From assembly GCA_051362555.1 (NCBI GenBank), contig CM120640.1, positions 38,914,788-38,978,787 on the forward strand: a stretch of 64,000 nucleotides of DNA, written 5' to 3'. The translations under genes and the position numbers were made by a program. The stretch comes from Lingula anatina (lineage: Eukaryota; Animalia; Brachiopoda). Positions 25,501 through 37,168 of the stretch are shown in pieces; the stretch's first letter is position 1; each line of letters starts with the position of its first letter. The notes under the pieces are model-generated. The model did no database searches and was not told the DNA's origin. It was given only the letters and a program-made list of their open reading frames with translations.

Positions 25501-27620
25501 ATATATTTATTAGTTACAATTAGTATTCTAATCGATGAATTTTAACATTTAAAGGCAAGTCTAATTTTATTTCCATTTTGAACTTCAGACGTTTCATAAG
25601 TATTTCATAATACATATACAGCGTCTGAATAAATCTTTATTTTTATCATTTGGAAGGTAGTGGACACAAAACTAGAAGCACGCGACAGACAATTTTGCTT
25701 TAGGGCGATGGTGTCAAGATTTCCTGACAGGGGTGCATTAGCACCGGGTGCGGAGCAAGTTGACATTCGATTACGTAGACACATAGTAACCCATTCTTTC
25801 AAATCCTTTATAACGTATTCTTGTGTTTCTGTTTGAAAGACTACAAAGGAGAAATAGCTTTTCAGCGCCAAGAAGGAAGTATAAACTAAAACAAACACTC
25901 GTACACATGATTACTCACAAATGTTAGCAAGGCTCTGGTACTGAGCGCGCATGTGTAGATCATGATTATATATTTAAAAAAAAACGCAGGTTGAAGTTTA
26001 AGAATCTAAACTCTGGCATGCTCAGTCCGAAATAATTCTACCAGGCTATTTTTGATTTGATCTGTAGGCAGAAATCTTGTCCGACTTAGAGGTAAGTATA
26101 CGAGCTATTAGCGCTTCCCTTCTCCTTTTGTGCGTTAATTTTTTTTCAAAGAGGACCGTAAAAATAAGTTATAAAAGATTTGAAGTAATAACTTACTGCG
26201 ACTACGTTATCGAATATATTTTCTTCAGTGTTTTAGGTCTTTTGCAATCTATCTGACATGTATTAATTTGAAATTATATACTAAAACATGAATTTATCTT
26301 AACAGATGATAATGTCAAATAGAGAAAAATACTCAATAAATAATTACACTAAAACAGTTCAGTTTTAAGGAGGTAATAATAATATATTTGAATTGATGTG
26401 GACTGGATCTTACATTTTGAAAAGAAAGTCAAAACGCTTCGACCTTATCACGAGGCCTTCATGTGAACAGGTGTTGAGTTGTAACAGGGGTCACGTGGTG
26501 ACAATCTGCGTTATACTGGTATATGGTTTTGCATCCCTATGCACAAATAGACAGGAACAACTATACTTTGGCTTATAAAAGAATTCGTCTTATTTGCAGA
26601 ATTGGAATTGAAGAATAAACATTTTTTAAACATTAGTTCCCCACTTACAAAGACAAAAGACAGGGTTTTTAAATGAAAAAGGCAGATATTTCAGATGATA
26701 AGATTGCTTCTCTGGACAATGATTTGATGGTCGTTTCAAGGCATTTGGAGAGGTTTATAAATATATACAATTAATTTACTGAAAATGTGCCAGTGTAACA
26801 ATGTAACGATTTTTTTATTCAAACGGATTGGTGTAATCATGCAAGATGAAGATGGGAATAAGTAGGCCTATAAAGATAAAGAAAACTGCTGATCACTTAA
26901 GCCTACCTTCTTCCCCCCCCCCCTCCCCCCCCCAAAAAAAAAAAAAAAAAAAAAAAAAAAAGAAAATTAAAATAGTAAAAAAATCGCATAATTGATAAGT
27001 AATTGTCCTTATGCGTTGTATAAAACATTCAAACAATGATAAAAACCATTACAATCATAACAAATAAGAGGCATTGAAGTAATATTAAAAAATTTATGAC
27101 GATATGAAATTTTGTAATGTACGTACCATCAACCACGGATTTCTAAAACTAGTTAACAAAACTAAAAAAAAAAACATTCTAAACTTGTTTTGTTTTAAAC
27201 TGGGATTAGGTTACAAGAGTAGGATGAAGTTAATTTGTGAAGTGAAATGTAACAGAGTCTCGTGACAATCGGTTGCTTTGGGATCGAGAGGAGAGGCTTT
27301 CGCTGTGGACACAAAACTAGAAGCACACGACAGACAATTTTGCTATAGGGCGATGGTGTCAAGATTTCCTGACAGGGGTGCATTAGCACCGGGTGCGGAG
27401 CAAGTTGACATTCGATTACGTTGACTCATAGTAACCTATTCTTTCAAATCTTTTATAACGTATTCTTGTGGTTCTGTTTGAAAAAAAAATTATGGATAAA
27501 TGGCTTTTCAGCGCCAAGGAGGAAGTAAACAAAAACGGGAAAGTACCGAGTTTAAGATGGCGTATTTTCAAAAAATAAATTCAGTCCAACAAGGGTAAGA
27601 AAAACATATTTTACCCTGTA
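19600..27620. repeat. Complex tandem segmental duplications (about 2-kb units with shuffled modules)
   Basis: Near-identical long blocks at about 20632-22588, 22589-25090 (with insert) and 25095-27300. An extra module (GGACACAAAACTAGAAGCAC..GCATTAGCACCGGGTGC) occurs at about 20100, 25660 and 27306. Confidence 0.92.
24077..24865 (+). mobile_element. CpG-rich foreign insert; first 317 bp LTR-like
   Basis: Absent from the sibling repeat units. 24077-24393 is bounded by TGTAC..GTACA and contains TATAAAA (24327) and AATAAA (24366). It is followed by a broken basic ORF MPPKGKRKKLT** (ATG 24439). No TSD or PBS seen. Confidence 0.5.
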
Positions 27621-29115
27621 AAACCTTTCAATTCAGGATGTTTGTCATAGTTTGTATCTATGAGGTACAGCGAGGTAGGAAAACAACCACTTCAATTTGA
27701 TTTGAGCAGCTTTACAAATTCTGAAGAAAAGAAAAAATAGGGGAAAAAAGAATGGTATAATGATGGACTTAACATTTTTTGGGTTGATGGCATAATATCA
27801 CAACCAAAGTATAAACAATTTGTATTTCGAAACCATCCGAAAACAATACATCACATTTTGATCTATTATATTAGGCAAAGACAAATAAGGGCCACAAATA
27901 TTGGCAAATTTTTAACCTTAGTAAAATAATCAAGAGCAATCTCATTACTCTTGAATATATCAATCTTCACTGGAAACTTTGTTTTCAGTATACCTTGTAC
28001 ATGTATGCCAATTGTGCATATACTCTAATGTTTTCACATTAAAGATGCATACAAAGTCAATTTTTTGTCACAAAAACCAACCAAATGCCAGTATATAGTT
28101 TCAAGTAGTATAACTAAGAGAAAAAAAAAAAAGGATCACAGGCTGAAAAAAATGCTTAGAAAATGAGAAAAATGGGGGGGGGGGGGGGGGGGGGGGGCAG
28201 TTGTCCTGCCATACTCGTGTTGACGATTAATGTAAGGTAAGAGACTTCTGATGGAATGAGAATAGAAAAGGTTATCCTTTTTAAGGATCTCCCAAAAGTT
28301 CTTTTACAAAAATGTGTGGGTGTGTGATATTTAGAAAGCTTTGATGACTCCAACAGTATCCGTATCGACTCAGTTGTAGTTTTAAAAAGATTTACATCAG
28401 TGGCAATGTCGACCAACACTTCTAACCCTCCTGTCATGAAAGATCATCTACTTTAGTCAAACAAAATTATGCACAGCAACTTTTTAAAGACCGGAGGCAG
28501 CTAAAGACAAAACTCGCGTTTCCCCCACACACAAACGCTGTCAGATGGGAAAAATGCACGTGCTCCTCTTTAACTGTTCTACACATGTCTGTGGGATTAT
28601 TCGAATGAGGAAGTTGTGAGTGCTTAAGTTGATTGCTGTGTGATCATGCACTTAACATATCTTTATGAAGTTTTCAAATTTACGCCAGTCTTGTGAGTAA
28701 TCAACCAAATACAACTGTACAAATTAGCTCAAGTTTTAATGGAAAGTGTATTATGTGTGTAGGTCTTTGAAGACAGATAAATAAAGGAGGCAGGTGATAA
28801 TTTTATTTATCTTTTTGCAGCTAAGAAATTGCAAAAATAAAACTTTAAAAAAGGTAGAAAAGCATCTTTAAGTATACATAAAGTAAAGGTTAAGCACTGA
28901 CAGTGGTGGATCCAGGTTGTTGTTAAATGTCACCCCCCAAAAAAATGCAATTTCAGAAATTTTGTAGTAGATTACTGAGTAAAACGTTTTGTAAAGGTGA
29001 TCTGTTCTCTGTGTTGAAACCCACCGATATGATTTGGAAAAAAGGGGAACTAGGGGAAAAAGGAATCAATAAATGATTTATACATTTTGAGTCTTCTTTT
29101 ACAGTGAAATTTACA

Positions 29116-32100
29116 ATGGATTTAGACACGACCAAATCGCCTCCCGAACCCTATCACCCCAGGAGTGGTAATGCACGGCATTTTGAATCATCACTTCCAT
29201 CAAATGATCATCGAAAAGACCGTTCTTTTCCATATCACAACCAGAACGACCGCGGTACGCCCGAAAGAGATCACGAAAGTTGCCAACCGTATGAGAATGG
29301 TCACATCGGTGCTAGCGACTGGTCACTCAACGGTCACGCGACAGCTATCCCCTCTCAACAACAATTTAGTCACAGCAATGATGCGGCACCTACTTTTGAG
29401 AAAACTGTATTACCTGTCTACGAAAAAAATGAAAAAAGAAAAAAGGAAAAGAAGGCTAATGCACTTAAAGAACACGATGAAGAACACGCGGAAGAAAGGA
29501 GGCAGCGTCAGCGGGACAGAGATCCAGTGTTATACTGCAAATTTGTGGCCAACTACCCCAAATCTGCCTTCTGTGAGTTTGAGGAATTTTTTGTATAGAA
29601 TTAAAATAATACTATCAAACACTCCCAATATCATTCACTATGAATTTTGATACTCGGTCGCCACTAATATGCTTTTTCTTGCCATTTGGCTATCAGATGT
29701 AATAGTAAAGTCTTATTACGTCTTCTTTTTTTCTGTCATTATAATTAAATCACTGATGCTTTTAATTTCATTTGAGTATAGGTATAACGTTAGGATTTCA
29801 CATCGCCTTTGTGGTGGTCACGGTCATATTATTTGTTGCTGGATATGACATATTCCCCCTTGAGTTTCTCTCCTTCCCGATGAATCTCAATGAAGACCCC
29901 ACACGCTTGCGAGATTTGGCGTGGCGCCTCAGAAACAACGAGACTGGGCGGATCCGCAGAGTAACTACAGATACTGTGCGAACATTTTGGAATAGAAGCG
30001 TCACTGTTGACAATGTACTTTTGTTCTATGAAATTCCTGGCGGAAATGTATTTACAAAAGATATACTTCAGGAGATGAAAACGTTGGAGGAGGGCATTTA
30101 CAATATATCTGAATATCAGGACTCATTTTGCCAACTGGATTTTTACAGAACATGCATAAAACCAAAGTCTATCCTTCGCTACTTTGACGGCAGTTTGGCA
30201 CACATCAGTAGCAAGTTTAATGATCCTACTTTTGGCAACATTCCTACTGTTTTGTTTGAAGCTCAAAACAATACGTTAACCAGAGTTGAGTTTCAGTATT
30301 TTCTAGGCATTGGCTCCAAGGTTGACCTTAGAAGTGCTCGGTCTAATATAACTCGAAGTTCTTTACCGTTGGGTTATCCATTGGAAACTGGAGGCGAGAG
30401 GGACGAACAACGTCAGAAAATCGAAGCCTTTCTCGTGAACCACATCGAGCCAAAGTTAGGAGAATTCAAGAAAAAACAACCCCAAGGACTGTCGTTATTC
30501 TACTACAGCTTTCTTATTTTTAGAAATGACATTTTGACTCGAGTGGTGATTGATACGTTACTGGCTGTTGGCAGTTTCGCTTTCATTTTCTGTTTCATTT
30601 GGTTTCAAACCAGATCGCTATGGATCACGGGGTGGGCGGTTTTGACGATTGTGACAGGGTTTTGTGGGACAAATCTGATCTATCGTATCATTGCAGACTT
30701 TAGATATTTTGGCTTTTTTCAAATCTTGGCAATTTACATAATCCTAGGGATTGGAGCTGACGATGTCTTTGTATTCTACGACACATGGCGGGAGACTGCG
30801 CAGAATAAGTACATCAGTTTAGCGCACCGACTCTCAGACTGTTACCGTAGAGCAGCGGGCACAATGCTAGTAACCTCTCTTACGACGATGATAGCTTTCC
30901 TTGTCAGCTGTATGTCGCCCCTGTTGCCCCTCAGGAGCTTTGGGGTATTTGCAGGAATTATGATAGGTGTTAACTATCTAACAGTCATAACTTTCTTTCC
31001 AGCAGTTGTTGTTATATATCACGTTTATTTCGAAAACTACCGTTGTTGTTGCTGCTGTGCATGTAAAATGGATCAAACGGAAACAGATACGGAATTTGAA
31101 CAGCCAGAAAAGACAAAAGTGAAAGAAAATATCGTTGTTAGATTTTTTAGGGAGCCTTTGTATCGATTTACAACCCACAGAATAGTTCGTTGGATTATTG
31201 TGGTATTCTTTTTAGGGATTTTTGCGGTAGGACTTTATTTTGTGACCACTCTTGAAGTTGAAGAAGGAGAGGTAGGTTTTAAGAAAATTAAAGAAATAAA
31301 TATTATTTTGTCATTTCTCTTAATGATATATTTTAATATAACTGATATTCACCAATAAAGCTTCATCAGGACTTTTAGAGAGTGTCGAAATATTAGTCTA
31401 AAGGGTTTTCATACATGTACTGTACGTAAGGATTTATTGCCTTAATCTCTTAGATAATAAGAAAATTTCTCCTAAACAAAAATGAAAACAAATAAACAAA
31501 TATCTAAAAGTACAAAAGTTACAGGATTACGTTGGAGACCGATCACTATTTTACACCTTTTTACAAAGCAGCAAAATTGGCGATAAACAATTAGCCACCC
31601 TGTGAGCAGAAGGGCGTGGGGTAGCTAATAAAACAACAAAATGGAAGTTTTGCTCTGAAGATGTTTATATTTATTGCACTAATATCCATTGAAGTATTTT
31701 ACATAAAAGAAACGGGAAATGGTCATTCTGCAAAATGTATAAAACCCTCCATAAAGAGTGTCTTGTATTTCGACTTCCTATTCATTTCAGTTGTCACTGT
31801 ATAAACCAGGCACAAACATTGCAAATGCACTGGATAGAGAAGCCAAGGCGTTTGTCCCAGCGGACAGTGACAGGTTTGCCACGGTGTATATAGTATGGGG
31901 ATTGAAGCAGCGTGACCTCAGTAAATGCCACGGATCCGATATAGACTGTACTGGGAAGGCGGTCTGGGACAACTCCTTCGATTTGAACACACCATCGGCT
32001 CAGCTGGAGCTTAAGGTATATTTATTCGAGCACGTAGGAAGCAAAACTTAAGTGACTGTGTAAGGGGGGGGGGGCATTCAAAAAAAAAAAAATAATAATG

Positions 32101-33452
32101 ACGAGGAGATTTTGCTTGGCTCTCTAAGTCTTGCTTTCTGTGACGTCGACACTGCAAGTTAAATATGCCATGTCGATAGATCTATACCAGTTTAATATTA
32201 TGTTCTCTCTCTCTCTTTTAAAGAGTGGGGGCAACCCTGTTACTCTGTTATTTTCTAATAGCGATGTTTAAGATTTCATTTTATGACATGTGTTGCTGTT
32301 CGTTGTTTTGCAAAAGAAGGTCCCACTTTCATTTTAGAACTTTTGCAACCGTTTAAGAAACCTTACTGATGCAGAAATTGACAGGTTGAAGATTCGGCGA
32401 GATTTACTTACATTACAAGCACAAGTTAACTGCTTCATGGACAACTTACAGGTCTTCCTTGAGGTAAAGTCCATTTGTTTGACGGTACATGGTTATGCAT
32501 GTCTAAAAAAAGAGTGAACCGGTTTTGTTTAAGAATGCGTATTTTACAATTATTTGGTCATTGTTTATTTTAACCTTTTAAGCTGCTTTTTTCTTACTTT
32601 TTATGCAAATGAGCAATTTATGCGACAGGTTTTATTAGGTCCGGATCGTTTTGTTTCCAGGTCATGTCGATGCAACCTTTTTTATTTTGAATTTTCTTCC
32701 TTGCATGTTAAATAGAATTTTTATACATTTTGTAGAATGAGGAAAATAAGACCATCAATGGAACAGCGATTTATCCAAACGACCTGCAGCTGTCATTACC
32801 TCTCACTGAACGGAAGATGGCGCGTTTCATGGGAGTACATTCATATTTGTACAACTCGGTCCCAGAGACGTTCCATAGATACTTTGAGGTAAACGTTAGC
32901 GGGCAAGACCTACAGAAAGTAGACTTTTACCCCGATTGTGAAAGGGGGTGAAAAAATTAGTAAATAGGTTGTGGATAGACCGTTTTCAGTCGTTACTGTG
33001 TAACGCTATGAAATGATTTATTTTATTGATTGATTTATTTTACATACGCATATGTATACAAATTGTTATTAATATTATTATCCGAATATGCACATTGTCT
33101 TGTACTAAATAAAAGCTGGATATAAACAGTATACTCGTTTTTTCATTTTATACAGATTGGGTTATCTTACTGGCTGAGTGCTGGTTACCGCCTTACAAAG
33201 ACGGCAGATTTCGATGCATTCGACACTCTGTTAGGTGAATGGAATGATGATGGTTTTACTCAAAACGTCAAAACTATTCCAGGTAAGACATTAATTTATC
33301 AACTTAAAGAGTTGAGCGTAATGTAGGGGAAAAGCCATTCTGATATTCTTTTAAAAGCTTAGGAGGGGCATAGAAGTACTTCATGTTGGCGTTTTTGATC
33401 ATGTTACTGATACTTTTCCTTAATGCCCAATGTCAATTCTAGTTTCAGTTTG

Positions 33453-33492
<40 letters not shown>

Positions 33493-35277
33493 AACGGGAT
33501 GGGGGTGGGGTGGGGATAAAGGTACTTCAGTTCTTGAACGCAGTCTGATCCCCTACCTTTAATGTTGACCTTTTTTTACCGAAGGTGTCAAGTATGGCAC
33601 TAGACTGAGGTACGCTGCGATAACAGTGAACCTAACCCTGAACCCGCAAGTTACTGGCTACGTGACTGGACTGCCCGTCATGGACGCCTGGGAAAACTTT
33701 GTGAACGATGAAGTAAGATAAGGCAATGGTAGCCTACTTCTATTATTCTAGAAAAGAGAACCTATCAAACTTTTTGAAAGTGAATTGTGAATGCTTTTTT
33801 AGGGAAATGATAATAGGCAGGGGTGGATCTTCGGATTATTTGAAGGGGGGAGGTCCGGTTTTTAGGAATGACAGGATACGAAACCGACCCCCCCCCCCCC
33901 CCCTGTATTTTCGAGAAATCTACCGGTACTAATGCAACAAATGTTCATAAAATATTTTCACATAACATATTAAAGGTACATCATGTTATTTGGTAAGAAG
34001 ACGTCCCTTTGCCTTTAACCCAAGTAAGCATATGTTCATTTAAATCCATATCCTATCTTCAAGTAATTTAATTCAATCAATGCTTTTACATTGAACAGAA
34101 AAAATGTATACTGTTTTCCCCCAGGTGTCCAGGATGCCGAGTCCACTGCAGGGTGGGTTTCAGTGCACAAGGTCTACTTGGCATTTCTTTAAAGTACAAG
34201 AGGTTAGAAATCTATTTATTCTCCCAAACTTAAATAATATTTCACAGCCCTACTGAAAATACAAAATAGATTTGTGGAACTGACGGTGCAGTAATTAACA
34301 CCTGATATATAATAGAAGACTCAACTTGCAGTGGAACATTTTAAATAATAGTGTTGTTTTGTATGCTTGCTTTTGTCTTGCCTTCGTAAAAGAGGAAAAA
34401 TATAAATTTTTGTTCCAGAATATGGCAAACACAGCCATTACTGGGATAGCCATAGGGATAGGCATAGCGTTCCCCTTACTCGTGATTGCCACAGGAAATA
34501 TCATCGTTGGTTTCCTGGCTACATTGACCATGTGCATGGTGACCGTCTGTGTGGTGGGGTTGATGCCTCTTCTGGGGTGGAAATTGGGAGTGAGTCCAAC
34601 ACCTAAATTATTACTCTGTTATTGAATTTTATCAAATCTGACTGGAAGAATACGTGTGTTAACTACATATTTTGTAACAATTGTATTTTTAAGTCGTTTT
34701 TTGCGCTTTTGGTCCTCTGGAAAGTTTCCGTAAAATAACTTCACAAAATTTATATACTGTGATGAATTGAAATAAATTACTTATGTTTTAGGTTCTGAGT
34801 TCGTTAAACTTATGCATGGTGGTAGGCTTGGCTGTGGATTACGTCGTCCACCTGGCAGAGGGTTACCATATCTCTCCTCACGAGACGCGCAGCGGCCGCA
34901 TCAAGGACATGTTACACCACGTGGGCATTTCTGTCCTCTCTGGAGCCTGCACAACGCTGGGAGCGTCAGTTTTCATGATGTTCGCCACCATCCAGTTTTA
35001 CGTCCAGTTTGGCGTTTTCATTTTCTCCGTTATAGGATTTTCCTGCTTGTTTGCACTGTTTTTCTTCACTGCAGCCCTATCCATTATTGGACCTCAAGGT
35101 AGATTTGGATCACTCGGCCCTGCTGTTGATTGGTTTAAAAATTTTTGCATGGGGCGGGATTCAAGCGATGTAGATTGTAGGGTGTGTCACGGTAAAGGGT
35201 TTCTAAAAGAGAGTCAGATACCTGCTGTTCTCAAAGAGAGGAACATAAACACTATCTCTGAGGTCACACATATGTGA
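29116..35277 (+). CDS. Dispatched-like RND / sterol-sensing-domain 12-TM protein, copy 2 (about 1146 aa)
   Basis: Exons 29116-29572, 29782-31271, 31791-32015, 32338-32463, 32736-32888, 33156-33282, 33585-33712, 34125-34202, 34419-34589 and 34792-35277. Same intron phases as copy 1 and the same lengths for the seven small internal exons. GIGADD and GLAVDY motifs intact; no stop or frameshift seen. Confidence 0.92.
33455..33490. repeat. (GT)n microsatellite in an intron of copy 2
   Basis: About 18 uninterrupted GT units, absent from the matching copy 1 intron. Confidence 0.95.
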
Positions 35278-37168
35278 ATTGTCTTTTAACTATGTCAGTG
35301 TATTACGAGAAAGATAAATTGTATTTTTAACGTGCCACCTTTTTACTAAGGACCTGTCGACTGGATCTTCCTTGCACAGTCAAAAGATTAAATATATCAA
35401 CGACAACCTGTCCTTTAGGTCAGCGCCTAAATCACAACGTAATGACATCAAACTACCCTACGATATGAGGAGCGTCTCTAAATAATTTACAAAATTTGAG
35501 TATGCCAGACAATTATCTTGTAACAAGCGCACCCCGTGGCCAGAGTAACATCAAATGCAAGTAGCAGAGCTACATTTACTGGCAGACGACACGTAGGACA
35601 GCACGGAGTTTTATGTATAAACGCGTGGCAAAAAACTGACAAAAATCACAAGCACTTGTATAAAACATTTTATTTCAACAATAAACTAATCTGTACAATT
35701 AATTTTTAACCGAATATGTTATGGAGCAAAATACATCCATCCTTTTAAATCTGGTTAAAATGTTCTACCCATTCTTTTACTTGTCGAGGCAAACTAACGA
35801 ATGTCCTCCGGTTGTAGATTGAACCAAAATTAATGTTAGAATAACAGCCTTTTTATATTCATGTTAGTTTATACAAATCCTTATCTAATAACACGGATAA
35901 GAAAAATAAAACCCTTTATTTATTATCACTATTTGTGTTTTTGCCAATTTATATTTTGGTTCAGAGATAAAATCCTTAAGTCAATATCTTTAAAGTAATA
36001 AAAGGATATAAAACAATTTCAAGGGACAGGTACACAATAATAATAAACATTTCTTAAAATAAATCCTCTATCTTTAAAATCAATAAAGGAGCGTGACATG
36101 CTTTAGGCTGTTCAATATACGATACAGCTGCAGGACTAAAATTACACAATTCTTGAAATCTTTTGCCCTCCACCAGGGTGGCAGATGTTATAGACACAGT
36201 TTCCACATTACACAGAGAACCAAATGATTGTCTGTTTATCTAAAGACATACCTGTGAATAACTTGTGAATAAATCAATCTGCGGCCCTGGTAGAGGGTAG
36301 CAATCTTTCATAATTGTTAGTGTATCACACAAACCAACTTTTCTTCAACATGTTCTATCAACTATAAGGTTTCCTGAAGTAACTGTGGCACTTGTGGGAG
36401 AATTAAATTACCAGGCATTAGTAAGGGCACGAATGATTATCTTTACATAATTTTCATCAAGTTACTTTGTTATAAACTTAAAGCTTGGGTTAAATTAATA
36501 GCATCTTGTAATCTCAGTAGTAAAATCTCTGAAACCCAGAAAATTGAAATATTGATAAGCTGATTCTCAAAAAGACTTAATAATTACCATATTCATTATT
36601 CACAATTAAAATCACTTACCAGAAGATTTAAATAAAATCTGTTAAGAATGACTTGCATGTGTAGATAAACTTTCACCACAAGTTATAGTTGGTAAAGAGA
36701 CATTACTAATCATTTCTTATAATCTAGTTATGTGTTTTCGACTCTTGCCATTATAAAAAAGAGCAAGTCCATCTTTAACAGTAGAATATATAATTTCTGA
36801 ATATGGGAATAATAAATGGAGTAAAAGAAAATTTAATCCATGACAGCATAAAACATGCTTGTAAAAATAGACATTAAACTTTACACTGTATATCTGCAAG
36901 AACTGTCTAAATGTGCCAGTACCTTTATTCTTTGTGAGACAAAAGATGTTTCTCTTAATGGCACTTTTTTCTTGTTAAACACTTGCCATTTAAGCCAAGT
37001 TCCATGTACAAAACTCACACCAACAGACTGTAAAATTGACAGATGTCTTTCTACATAAAACATAACTATTTAAAACTTCACGCAAAAAACGAGTTGCCAG
37101 AATTTATCTATACAGAAAACACTTATCAAACTGTTCATGGAGTAGACAATCAATCTTCTGTCTAACAT

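Noticed and set aside
25605-25898. 97-aa minus-strand ORF in a repeated module
   Set aside because: Sibling copies (about 20050-20270 and 27305-27480) carry in-frame stops, and there are no recognisable motifs or partner exons.
19600-27620. Repeat array considered as CRISPR-like or satellite
   Set aside because: The units are kilobase-scale duplications without short constant repeats and unique spacers, in a eukaryotic context.
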